Positions 9,240-22,012 of a DNA stretch of 64,000 nucleotides are shown here, one piece after another. Under the pieces are notes generated by a model. It was not told the DNA's origin, ran no database searches, and was given only the letters and a program-made list of their open reading frames with translations. How positions within the stretch are numbered: position 1 is the stretch's first letter; every line of letters starts with the position of its first letter. A program made the position numbers and the translations under genes. The DNA is from Octopus sinensis (lineage: Eukaryota): positions 62,930,001 to 62,994,000 of the forward strand of contig NC_043005.1 of assembly GCF_006345805.1 (NCBI RefSeq). Reading direction: 5' to 3'.

Positions 9240-10690
9240 GTACCCACAATAAACTTCTAAAAATCATCATTACGATTAGCTACAAAGAAATCAAACATCA
9301 GGCAAAATTCATAGCAGGTATACTAAAATTAGACAATATATTAATGTAAAGAATAAATCACCCTGAAAGACCATATAGAAATTTTTACAGCAAACCAAAA
9401 TGCAGGTTGATAAATCTTGTGAAAATTTTACTTTAGTGTAGTCAGTAAACATATTCTAGACAATATGAAAGATAAAATTAAGGAAGCCACCAACTTACAG
9501 AAATAGAATAACAAGAACAATGCAAATAGTTGATTGTTTAAATAGCATCAAGAACAAAAGCAGATCGAGTTTATTCAATTCAACATTCTCAAGTTTTGCC
9601 CATCAATTTCCATATAGCTTTTCATCGTGGCTTGGAATTCAAAAGGAAACACAAAACCATCTATAGCAGCAATATTGGAATGATGTTTACTAGGAAATTA
9701 ACGTCTTTCACTGACTAAACATGTAATATAAACATCAGTTACCTATTTAATATTTGCATAATGGAGCTGAAGTAAATGACCTGGTTGTATTATATGTTTT
9801 AGATTATTAAAAATGAAATTCAAAACTCCAGATATATGATTACTCAAGGAATGCAGCCTCACACAATACTTATCTAATATATTATTAGAAAAGTATAGTA
9901 AAAAATTTAATTAGCACACTCAAGGACTTGGCTTGAATATTACAGTCATGAACAATATAAACATATTTATCTTCCTAGACATAACTTTAGACCAGGAAAC
10001 CAGAAAATATCAACGATATAGAAACCCAAACAAAAAGCTCGTGTACATTAATCAATTCTAACTATATTCAATATATTAAATCTTTAGCTTCTCATATAAC
10101 TAGATGAATATCCAGTATATTCTCAAGGAAGGCAACCTTCATAATGCTGCCAGTTACTGTAATAATGCTTTAAGAAAATAAAATGAGTATAAAGAAAAAA
10201 TAATTTATTATCCATGTAGGAACACATTTTTTGGTTTAAATCAAACTTTCAGTGATGATGAAAATCAAACATAACTAGAAATCCTTTATCTCTAATTAGA
10301 TTCATATCCAAAACAATAATACCACAGATTATTTAACTAAAAGCATCAAGATCTATTATAACCATGCAAAAATGATAGCAGCATGAGGTTTGAACCCTGA
10401 AGGACCAACCTGAATAACATCAGTAAAACTAAGTGTAACTTTGGAAAGAGGAATACTACAGTATTATCAATATATGCACAAAAAAATAACATTGAATTAT
10501 TGTGTAGATTTGTCTGTTGGTCAAACATCAAACAGAGTATATCCTACATGAATATAACTGGGGCAATGTTAATTGTGCATTACAGAGGAATAAAATAACA
10601 TGACAAATAGATACTTTAAATGGAAAGACTGATGTAATATCAAAATGTCTTTACACAAACAAACTGTATTCAGTCAATTACAACAGACGT
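9240..10690 (+). mobile_element. Degenerate Penelope-like element (RT plus GIY-YIG region)
   Basis: Across frames: KPKCRLINL, VSKHILD, FIQFNILKFCPSIS, LDITLDQETRKYQRYRNPNKKLVYIN, and C-terminal LNGKTDVISKCLYTNKL. These are motifs of the Penelope/Poseidon-type ORF. Many stops. Confidence 0.8.
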
Positions 10691-10825
10691 TCAGTCAAAA
10701 GTTTACTATATGTTGTTTGGTGGCGCCAAACACCAGTAATACTTTGATATTACATGTAAAACAATTCTTATCTGATAAAATTTTTTGAAGCAGTGCAAAA
10801 TACGCCAACTTTATCCCTTCACCAG

Positions 10826-10827
<2 letters not shown>

Positions 10828-10870
<43 letters not shown>
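10828..10870. repeat. (TA)n microsatellite
   Basis: Direct reading. Confidence 0.95.
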
Positions 10871-10873
<3 letters not shown>

Positions 10874-10970
10874 ATAGAAATGGAAACAAGAGAATGAAAG
10901 AGACCTCGATATTATGTAAATAGAGGAATTTATCTGTAAATGTAATATGTGACAATTATTCTGTAGGCAT

Positions 10971-11031
10971 GATAAAACTTCAAGTTTCGGATGTCGGGGT
11001 GGAAATCCACACCGCCATCTCTTCAGTTATC
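10971..11031 (-). ncRNA. Near-intact minimal type I hammerhead ribozyme
   Basis: Minus strand: GATAA-CTGAAGA-GATGGCGGTGTGGA(TT)TCCACCCCGACATC-C-GAA-ACTTGAAGT-T^TTATC. Helix I is a perfect 5 bp, helix II has 12 of 14 pairs, helix III is near-palindromic, and the cleavage triplet is GUU. Confidence 0.85.
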
Positions 11032-11276
11032 TGGCCATCGGCAAAAATGCTATGAAAATGACCATTAAATTACTGTGTGATTGACCATTATTAAGACAAA
11101 AGAGCTATTTGAATGACTGCTAAGTGAGGGGAGGGAGTAAAAGTAAGGGGGTAAAAATGTTCATAGTATTCGTGTAAGCGCGCATGTCCATATATATATA
11201 TATATGTAGAGAGAGAGAGAGAGAGATACACACGCATACACACATACACATACACACATACATATTAATATTTATC

Positions 11277-11622
11277 TTTTACTTGTTTCAATTGTGAGAC
11301 TACAGCCATGCTGGGCACCACCGTGAAGAACTTTTAGTTAATGAATCAACACTAGTATTAAAAAAAAATTAATTTCATAAGCGTGATATTCCTTATATCA
11401 GTCTCTTATTCCGAGCTGCTAAGTTACAGGGAAATAAACACACAAACACTGGTTGTCAAGCATTGGTGGTGGACAAACACAGACTCAAAGACACACACAT
11501 AGATATATATTTATATATATATATATACAACAAGCTTCTATTTCTGTCTACCAAATCCACTCACAAGGCTTTGGTTGGCCCGAGTTTATACTAGAAGACA
11601 CTAGTCCAAGTTTATCCTTATT
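11277..11622 (-). mobile_element. SINE family A
   Basis: Reverse-complement homology to 7178-7570. Confidence 0.75.
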
Positions 11623-11699
11623 TCTTTTGAATGAGAAAACATGCAGTACTTTGTTTGTGTGTGTGTGCGATAATAATTTAATTTCAAATAAATCATTAT

Positions 11700-12745
11700 G
11701 CTTACAGGGTAATATGTGTAGGTAATCTCTACAAGTCAAGATTCTGATAAAAGTAACTTGGAATGCGAATAAATTCTTTAACATTGTCTTCAATATCATC
11801 AAAGTCTCATACCACAAAACAGAGAACAGATAACATTAGTATGGGCATCACTAAGAAGCAAGGTGTGAGTATGATAACAGTAAAATATATCTTAAAACTA
11901 CCAGTCTATGAATATTCATTTGTTAATCTACATTTGCAGCTACTACTTTGCACCAACTTCTTTCTTTATTCAAAATATACACATACAGAATATTGCTTAG
12001 TGTATGTATAAGTTGTTGCTGCAAGTGATCTAACAATTCTATCCAAGAAAACAGTGTAGATTACATTGAGAGAATATAATAACAATAAACTGACTTTGTA
12101 AGGAATCTTTAATAATATGATAAAAAATATTTAAAGCATTTGAAATATGTGGTAGTTGTATAATGGCATTAGAATTTCTTTCAAAGATTAAAGTTCTTAT
12201 CTTAAGAACAAATCTAGAGATGGTAAGATTTGAAACAGTCAAATTTTCTTCTGAAAAAGAACTATTGTTCTGAAACCATGAAACAGCTACCTGGAAATCA
12301 GAATCCTACTTTGATGTTCACTAGTTTATCCTGAGAGAATATTAGTGATGGAAATCACTGCAAAAATCCTAAGCACATCAAAATACATCCCGACCTTAGG
12401 CAAGTACTTCAAATTTAAGCTATTTCTACCAGGTAGTTGTTTCAACCCAGTGAAGTGCATAACAACATGTTTATAAATAAAATTCAGATTGAGAGTAACA
12501 ACGTATTCTTTTCAGCACTCTTTGATTTTGAAAATTTAGTAGTGAATGGAAGTTATTGTAATGAAATCTACCAAATTGAATGGAGGAATTGCTGCTGGAT
12601 TTATTTAATGAAACTCTGAGGAAACAAAATTTCAAATTTGTGATGAAGCCCGAGAATAGCTGTGTAGTTAAGAAGTTTGCTTCATAACATAGTTTTAGGT
12701 TCATTCTCACTGTGTAGTACATCTGCTATAAGCCTTAGGCTAACT
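11700..12745 (+). mobile_element. Very old L1/Tx1-like LINE relic
   Basis: YEYSFVNLH..TNFFLYSK (endonuclease-like) and MEELLLDLFNETL...YICYK (RT-like). Heavily disrupted. Confidence 0.35.
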
Positions 12746-12850
12746 GAAGCTTATGAATGAAATTTGGTAAATGGTAAATTTATGAAAACTGGTCATATGT
12801 ATGTGCATGTGTATGTATCTATACACATGTGTATGTGTGTGCAGCATGTG

Positions 12851-12915
<65 letters not shown>

Positions 12916-13100
12916 CATTACTATACATAAATGCCTCACACTACAAAGGACTCTTAAAGTCAAACCTATCATAATTCTTAAAAGCCCACCTCTCACATAG
13001 ATATATAATGAGTGAACAACTCTATGTACTATGCAGGATACATTTGGTGTTCGTCTGGTATGTTGATGTTTTTGTTCATTTTTTATGTGTCTTGATTATA

Positions 13101-13161
13101 CCTGCACTGACGATTAAAAAGTGCATTTTGTGCACTAATTATGAAATCATATGATCTGTGG
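13101..13161 (+). ncRNA. Minimal type I hammerhead motif
   Basis: ctgca-CTGACGA(13107-13113)-tTAAaaAGTGCA(ttttg)TGCACTaaTTAt-GAA-ATCATATGAT-C^tgtgg. Helix III is a perfect 10-nt palindrome. The basal pair of helix II is mismatched. Confidence 0.65.
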
Positions 13162-15248
13162 CTGAATCTGTTTTTAAGATGCTCACTTTGAGAGTTGCAT
13201 TCCCTCATGTTCGATAAAACGTGTTTATTTTGGTAGTTTTTGACTTTAATCTCTATACAATATTCTAAGGGGAAAATAAGCAACTATAATATTTTGCAGT
13301 GTGAAATTTCATATATGGGTTCAGCACCTAATGATCTGTAGAATACTCAATCTGAGCAAATAGGTCAGAGTTTATTAGCCAATATAGGTTTGAATAATAA
13401 AGGTAAAACAAAAGTGATCTAAAAGGAAAACAATTCAATAGAAAATGCTGTGTAATTCAGTAATTTATAATCAATTAAACTCCATAAGTTATATGACTAA
13501 ATACCATCCAAGATTGAACAGAAGTCTTAAGACTACTCGTCACGTTCCATCAAACGAAGTAACCTCCTTTATTATATCTGAGTGAACACATGCATAAACA
13601 TGCCCACATTTGTGTATTAATTAGCATCTTTGACTACTAAATATCTACTTATTTAATAATTTTGTCTTACAATCTTTTGAATGTCAGAAATCAATATTAA
13701 TTGCCAAACATTCCACATGAATTGTAAATGAGCTGACACCTAAGCAAGTCTTGCATTCATTGTACAATGAAATTTTGTATTAATTCTCACATTCAGTAAA
13801 CTAAATTGGAAAACCTATATGTAATCTGGAACATTGAATTGCAGAAAGGCATTGATGAAATTAAAGCTCACCTATTTATCATTTGCCAGTCACTTCTGAT
13901 GAAAACCATCCTAATTAGAACATATCTGGAACGAGAACAAAGTATATTAAGCATGGTAAGAATTAAACAATGAAATACAGTGATCATAATTGTTATGATG
14001 ATAATGGTAATAAGTTTGATGAAGATTGTAATGATGGTAGAAGGGAAACTGTTTCTGCAGATGATGATGCATCAAAATTAATAATGATGGGTACAATTGT
14101 GATTGGAGTTATTATGTTAATTTTATTGAGATCTATTTGGGCAGATAGAACATTTCAATCACAAAAATTACAACAAAAACACATTCACAATATCAAAATT
14201 CAATGATATAATTAATTATAGTAGATCATTTTCAACTCTTAAACAGATTTTCCCCTCACATCATGACTGCTGATCAATGTAAAATTGTTCAGAGTAGTAT
14301 ATGAGATGAGACTTCTAAATTTAAAACTTTTCAAAGTTGTCTTCATTTGCCAAATTTAATTAGTTAATAAAATATCTATGTTGTTATAGTTGTTTAACCT
14401 TAGGGCCATGCTGATTGAATAGACCCATGATTGAAAGCATCCTGGTTGTGATTATTTGCCCTTTTTATATATCCAATGTATCCTCCCTATTTTTAATATA
14501 GTAGGATATTATTTGAGAGAGATAAGGCTGCTATTTCTGGCAGGTCAAGTAACCATATAGAGGCCTTCCCATTGGCTCATAATATACTTGTCAAATATAG
14601 TTTATGTAAACATAAAATATAACACTAAGAGACTGTGTGACTAAGATCATTATTTTTTTTACAGTTTGATACAAGTACATGTGCAACTAAAACTTTTTAT
14701 GCTATTCAGATGAATTATGTTTAAATAAATTTAAATAGATTTACTGTATAAAATTAACAAACATCTATCATGTAAACTTTGCTCAAGTTATGACACCTTC
14801 AACATTTATATAAGTTTCAAATACTCATTTATAATGACAAATTTTAATGTTTTCTTTTTGGGTAACTTAAATATAACATGGTTACATTTATTTAAAAAAA
14901 AATTTCCTTAATTATATAAAATGAAGATAACTCCTTATGTAAAAGTGTAAAGCTTAAAAAGAATAAAAATGTGACTAATTAAAGTTAAAGTATGGCATAT
15001 ATTAATGAATGGAATGTGATAGATATGCAGATTCAATTTGTAACTTGACATATATGCATGAAGGAATTGATAAATTTTGGGTATCACTGACGTGTATACT
15101 TAACATGAAAATATGTTATAAAATTAAAAATATAGTAATTTTTTAAACAAGTAGTATAATTATTTACATAAAATCTTTCCATAAACTGATCATCAAAATC
15201 ATCTGTTTAATAAATTCAAACATCTCCTAATGTAATAGTGAGTGTAGT

Positions 15249-15252
<4 letters not shown>

Positions 15253-15322
<70 letters not shown>

Positions 15323-15335
15323 ATATGTGTATGTA

Positions 15336-15358
<23 letters not shown>
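15253..15358. repeat. (TA)n / (TATG) microsatellite
   Basis: Direct reading. Confidence 0.95.
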
Positions 15359-15366
<8 letters not shown>

Positions 15367-16554
15367 TTTTTGTCCAAAATCAAGGAGATAGAGTAGGAGA
15401 AACAGTAGTATAAGTGAAGGGAGAGGAGAGAAAATAGTAATTCAATGAAGAAGTAGTGAGAGTAATAGCCCTGACTGAGAGAAAGAGTGAGAGAAAGTAA
15501 TAGCAATGAGAGAAAGAAAGTGGCAAAGAGTGCATCATATATCTTCTGCTTTTCTGTTACAACACATGAATGAGATGTGAAGGGGTGATAGATGAATAAT
15601 GAAAGAAGGGGTGAATAAAAATCTGTGTTTCAACTCTGTGTGAGTATGTGTGTGTGTATTTAAAAGGGAAGTATGTGTGTGTGCAATGGAAATGGGATGG
15701 TGAATGTTCAACACTGAAAAGAAAAATCAAACAGCATTTCCACTCTGAGTATATGTGTGTGTATGAACAAGGGAAGTATGTGTATGTTTTAACTGTGATT
15801 ATTATGTACCTTGTTTTGTGCCTTATTTATATATAAAATACTACAATTAGCTGTCATTTTGACAGCACAGGGTCAGCTAGTGCTATAGTAATTAAATAAA
15901 GAAACAAAATGATATATAATGTAAATGATGGAGAAAAGGTAGAAGACGATGGTTACAGAGTCACCAGTATTTATATCAGCATCAAATTTATGAGTTGGTG
16001 AAGCATGTATATCGACATAAGGTACTAGTTTTCTTCAAATGTCATTCTTCACTCAAGAATCAGTAAAATAAGTTCTGGTAATATAGTTGTGTCCATTTAA
16101 CTGAATAAACACTTAAAAAAAAATGAGATGCTTTTATGGCTAATTGGTTTTTGCAAAAGATAATATTAAATCTTAGGTTAATAGCTTTTCATTTTGATTC
16201 TGTTTTTATGGATTGGACAATTTACAAATGTTCAAATGTAAACATTTGCATGTATTCATGAAGTTGTTGTTTAGATGAGTTTCCCTGATAACATAGACCC
16301 TTGATCAAAAGGATTTCAGTTTGTTGTTTTGTATAGCAGGGACTATATTATCCAATGTATTTTCCCTGTCTTTAAGATGAGATGATGTGATTTTGGGGGA
16401 ATTTAGCTGTCATTTTTAGCAGATTGAGCAACTGAATAAAAGCTCCCGCCTTTACAACACCAGATGTTACTCCTAGCACTCAGAGACCCCACTTCAGTCA
16501 TAAATGACCATGGGATGATTGCACCTAGAAAGTTACCCTCCAAGTCACAAGTCC

Positions 16555-16822
16555 AGGCAAGGTAGTTTATGGAAGACCAGCAGATGCCCATGCATACCAG
16601 CCTTCCCTCTTCATGCCACCGATGTTATCCAAGGGAAAGGCAAAGGCCGATACAGCTTGGCACCTGTAACATCATGACTCATTTCTACAGCTGAGTGAAC
16701 TGGAGCAACGTGAAATAAAGTGTCTTGCTCAAGAACACAACACAGCCCGGTTCGGGATTCAAACTCACAACCTCATGGTCATAAGTTCAACGCTCTAACC
16801 ACAGAACCATGTGCCTTCACAC
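16555..16822 (-). mobile_element. tRNA-derived SINE, family C
   Basis: Minus head tggttctgtggttagagcgttg...gagtttgaatcccgaacc (A and B boxes), followed by core gtgttcttgagcaagacactttatttcacgttgctccagttcactcagctg. Confidence 0.75.
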
Positions 16823-18365
16823 TCCTAGCATTATATATGTATATCAAGGAAGATACGTATTTTAGAGCAAACATTTTCTAAATCCCGTCCTTCCAGCAAA
16901 ACTTTGTAAAATAAGATTCCTTGCTCTAAGATATATTTATGGCACACTTTGTACTTCTGAACCTAAATTGAAAAATGCCATGATTCTAGTAAACTGCAAC
17001 CTTAAAACCTTAAACAATGTATTTCTATAAAATCAAAAAGTAAGACAAAAGTTTAGAAACACAAATAATAAAATTTAAAGTATGTTGTTTTTTTTTTTGT
17101 TAAGTATTTTATTTTTGCTTTGCAAGTGCCTTCATGCAGGTTCACATAAAAAGCACTCATACTGGTCCACGTAAGAAGCTCTCATGCTGCTACCATGTAA
17201 AAAGCACCCAGCACACTCTGTAAAGTGGTTGGCATTAGGAAGGGCATCAGTAGTAGAAACCAAGCAAAATCAGACTGGAACCTAGCAGAGCTCTCCAGCT
17301 TGCTAGCATAGAAGACAGATGTTAAATATTTTGTATCAGAAATACAGTCCTCATAATATCAGTTTGGCATCAGTTTCAAAATGAAATATATAATTTAATA
17401 TAATTAATGCAAAACTGTTGCAACATGGTAGCATGTTGAATATGTAAATAAAAGAGAAAGATAAAAGTGGTAAATAAAAGACCAGATAAATATATTGGTT
17501 TATTACTTGGTTTATGTCAATGTGTGTGTGTGTGTGTTCATAGCTGTACATAAGTATTCTTTTAAAGTACTTGAAATAGAAGGAACACAAGTAACTTAAA
17601 GATAGCATTTTTGAATGAATGATGCCAAGATTTAGGTGAAGCATATTCTGTATATAGAAGACAAACAGAATGAGAAGTATAGGCACACAAAAAGAGAGAC
17701 AAAGAGAAATGGAAAGACAGGTGAAGAGAAAGAGAGATTTTTATAAACAATAAATCTCCTGTAAAGTTGAAAAAAAACCCCAATAAAATCATGATTACGA
17801 TCATAATTTTACAAATCTTACTAGTTTCCACAAATTTAATCTGGCAAATAATTAAGGTAAATGAAATAATTTCTTTTTACATTCAAATCATGTAATATGT
17901 TGTGCTCATTATTAAACCTAAATTAGTTAGTCCTGAAACCCTTTTAAAATAAGTAATTGGCTTTGAGGCATTTTTGTATTGATCATTATTGATTAATGTT
18001 ACGCTGTGGAGACTAATATTCTGGTTGCAGACAAGACTAATTTATTTTGGACATTTGAGCAGATTATAGTTTTCAGCAATCTTAGTTTGGATTTAGTTCA
18101 TAGGCATTAATTTTGCTGAAATATTATGCCATATTTTGTTTTGTTGAAATAAAATGATTCTATGAAATAAACAAAACAAGAGAACGAAGTTTGCAACAAA
18201 TAAAGGGCACTGAACTTAAGTTTTACCATACTTAAGTTTTCATCCTTTAGAATAGACTAGCTTTTCATCTTGCCTTTCTTCATGTTAAAGTTGATTCAAT
18301 AGAAAAAAAAGAAAAGAGGTTGTGCCTATTAAGAAGAGATAATAGCCAATATAAGAGTAGAGATA

Positions 18366-18585
18366 AGGCAGCAAGCTGGCGGAATTGTTAGCATGCTAGG
18401 TAAAATGCTTAGTGGCATTTCATCCATCTTCACATTCTGAGTTCAAATTCTGCCAAAGTCAACTTCGCCTTTCACCCTTTTGAGGTTGATAAATTAAGTA
18501 CCAGTTGAACACTGGCATCAATGTAATCAACATATCCCTACCCTGAAATTGCTGGCCTTGTGCCAAAATTTGAAATCATTCGAGA
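18366..18585 (+). mobile_element. SINE family B
   Basis: Homology to 4051-4243. Confidence 0.75.
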
Positions 18586-20699
18586 CAGCAGAAATAATAG
18601 AATCTGGAATGAATGCCTTACAATGTATAATCACATCGCTTTGTATTAGCCAAATGGATCTAGTTTTAACTTCATTAATTTTTCCTGATCTCTAATCATC
18701 TTATCACCACTCTGGCAAGGTTAGCACATTTTTCATCAAGCATATGTTAGACATCTTTACTGTATTGCCAGGCCTGCTACATGTGCCATCTGAATTGGTT
18801 GAGAGGGTAGAGTTGAAACAAAAATCTTAAAAAAGAATAATTACTGGTGGTTTGTCAGACAGCACAAATATAAACTCTAACACTACAAAATATCTATCCA
18901 TCCTTTTAATGCAGTCGTAATTACTGCATGACTTCCTTTTCATTGTCAGGCAGTATAAACTAAATTTATACTAACAGTACCATAATTCACTCTGAAAACA
19001 ACTCATTCAATATAAAAACAGGCTCCCGAATAAACGCAGTGTATATATGATATCTTATTAATATATCTTTTCCTACCTAATTGCCTAGACTGCATATTTC
19101 TATTGATCCGACCGTAAAGTTGCCCTCTAAATATCTATTTTTAACTTCACTGTCTCTGTTTTATATTTGATATTGGTTAAAATATATAAAACATGAATTA
19201 TTTATTTCATAAATAACCAAACATTTCAAAAGTAAAATTTTTTTTGGGACATTTTATTTTACTTCTTTAGGTAATATCTATTTATTTTTTAGATAACATT
19301 TGCTTACTTTTTGCAGCTGTATTTTCAAGAATTCATGAAATCATTTCAAAAAATGCTCATCTTGGAAGTTTTTTGAAAAGAAAACTAAAATTGATTAAAA
19401 AAATTTTTATATGGCAAATGTTTCACACCATAATGTTTCTATTTGATCTTAAATTTTAATAATTTCTTCCTTATTGCATACTTTTACTCCATTTAATATA
19501 TTCAAATTATTGATAAAGCCAAGACATGTCATGAGAGGAAAGGATATTAAGCAAGTATGAATCAATCTATATTTTTATTAAAGTTGTTAGTTAACAAATA
19601 AAAGAAAAAATGTAAAATATAAACTTACACACACATGCACGCAATTATTTGCTTACTTGTATAAACTTATTAGTGACAAACCATTTACAATTCAAACCTT
19701 TGATTCATCATCCTGACATTTCCAATAAAATCTTTACTTAATTTAATATTTCAACTTGCCACTAACAGGTTTTGAATAATATTTCACTCTAAAAGAAATG
19801 TAAACTTAAGTCGACAGGGATACCAATTTTATTCAGAAAACACATCATACATTTCGAATTTCTGTGTTCCTTAAACTGGGGATGGCCAAATGGTCAAAGA
19901 TTTTTTTATCACGAGCATCATAAATCACTATCTAATATATAATTTTCCTCTCCTACCATTATGACAATGGTATGCCAGCATTGCCTTTTATCTGTTTGGG
20001 ATCAGTAAAGTAAATAACAGTTTAACAGTAAATAACAGTTGAGCATTGGGGTGGGGTCAATGTAATTGACTTATCCTTCCCCGCAAAATTTCTGGTTTTG
20101 TGCCAAAATTAGAAAGAATTATTACTACGGCATTTGTTCTTGCAAAGTAACAAACTGTGTAGTCCATCATACAAACTTACGTGAATTACTTTGTGAACGT
20201 CACCTCCAGCCTTTGTATGAAAACTCTTACCCAACTCCATTCTTTGCAGAACTGTAACCCATTGGAACATTTTTCCTATCCACATCTCTTCAGATATTAA
20301 CCTACAACTGCAATAGCTTCACTATCTGGAAGGTTCTGCAAATGCCCTGAGACAATATATTTCTCGATCAGACTTCACACCTTTGTTTAACATCCATTTT
20401 CCTATGCTTGCATGGGTTGGAAGCTCTTCCTGTCACCAGCCTCTAACTGTTTTACAATCAAGGGACTTTTATTCATAAGATGTTTGAAGCTGCTGAGCAA
20501 TTGGTTTTGCTCATGCAGGGAAAAAACATAGAAAGTCAACATTCATTCATTTTCACAGACATTTACACACATGTAATGGGTTTCTTGCAGTTTCCATCAA
20601 ACAAACGCACTCACAAGGTATTGATTGACTTTACTAGAAAACTACATGATTACAAAGCAAAACTTCTTAACCATGTGGCCATGCCTGAGCCTAAATAAA

Positions 20700-20890
20700 T
20701 CATAACAGATTGAATTTTGAAGTTACAGGTATTACCTGTTGTACATTTAGTTCCCTTCCAGCCGAGAGCTTCTGAACAAAATTTATTAATGGTTATTATG
20801 TATCATAAATAATATGATTAGAATTAATGACTCAACAGTTGAATGTTTGGACATTGTGGAAACATAAAGCATTGAAAATGTATATTTGAC
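20700..20890 (-). mobile_element. Mariner-like transposase relic
   Basis: Homologous to 25100-25400. The minus frame FVQKLSAGRELNVQQ resembles the mariner K(L/V)xxWVPHEL region. Confidence 0.4.
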
Positions 20891-21139
20891 AAATGTTTAT
20901 TAGATTTCTTGCAACTTAGTAATTAATTTCATGACAGCTATTACATATTTTAGGAGTTCATTTATCATGGAATTTTGATAAGTTGACTTTAAGAGAGGTT
21001 CAAATTACAATGTCTTTATTATTTCCACCAAAAATATAATTTTGTACTCTCAGAAATACTGCTAGAAAATTCAAGAATTTGTTTTATTGTTGGTGTTTTT
21101 GAATATTGTTGTCAACTGATTTTTCCAATAAAATTTAGA

Positions 21140-22012
21140 AAACATTACATGGAAAAATGTGAGCAAGAGAAATAATATTCTTATGATTATAAACCTGGAA
21201 AATTACAGGACTAGTTATTACACTTGGAAAAATTCAGGACAATTTATTACATCTGGTAAAGTACAGAATAAGAAAAGTTTAACTTAAAATATTGCAGCTA
21301 AGGATAAAATTTCAAATTAAATATTTAAATTTTAAAAATATTAGCTTTTATTAAATCTAAAAAATTTATTACTTCTATTTGTTATTACTTGTTATTTCTA
21401 TTAAAAAGAAAAAATAACTCAAAATATTTTTTGCATTTAAAAAATTCATTTTTCTAATTATTAATTAATTATTAGAAATCTGAAAATAGGTCATAAAAAA
21501 TAGTAGTAGTACATAATTAGTTAGTACAATGAATAGAATAATATAAAAAAATTAGTTATATATTATAGTAAATTCTACCTATAAAAACAAATTCACAGTA
21601 AAATTTGCTTGAGTTATTGCCTAAGTTATTGCCAAGTCTTCCCATTTTTAGTCTTGACCCAATGCCTATTTTTTACATAATGGATTTGCCTACTATATAT
21701 GCTGTTCTACTTTGCATTAAACTTTACTTCTAGCTCTCATTTTTAAGTATTCTAGTGTCTCAATATTTACTGAAATGATGGTACCTTTTTTAATTATAAT
21801 GTTACTTTGTAAATTAAAATCAAATAAGTTTTAATATTCAAATTTTATCCTTAGCTGCAATATTTTAAGTAAAAGTGTTTTTGTTCTGTACTTTACAAGA
21901 TATAATGCGTTGTCCTGAACTTTTCCAAGTGTAATAACTTGTCCTGTAATTTTTCAGGTTTATAATCTTAAGAATATTATTTCTCTTGCTTGCATTTTTC
22001 AATGTAATCTAT
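21140..22012. repeat. Foldback element: ~175-bp inverted repeat arms with a ~520-bp spacer
   Basis: 21143-21315 is the reverse complement of ~21835-22010, e.g. aatattgcagctaaggataaaattt / aaattttatccttagctgcaatatt. Confidence 0.8.

Noticed and set aside
9499-9693. Minus-strand exon-like frame (AAIDGFVFPFEFQATMK...) and a GTAAGT donor
   Set aside because: Lies antisense within the PLE RT region.
13800-13955. 52-codon open frame ending at a G|GTAAGA donor
   Set aside because: No recognisable protein family and an ambiguous acceptor.
20735-20770. 36-nt minus micro-exon ALGWKGTKCTT resembling an EGF repeat end
   Set aside because: Falls inside a mariner-like relic that has a paralogue at 25100-25400.
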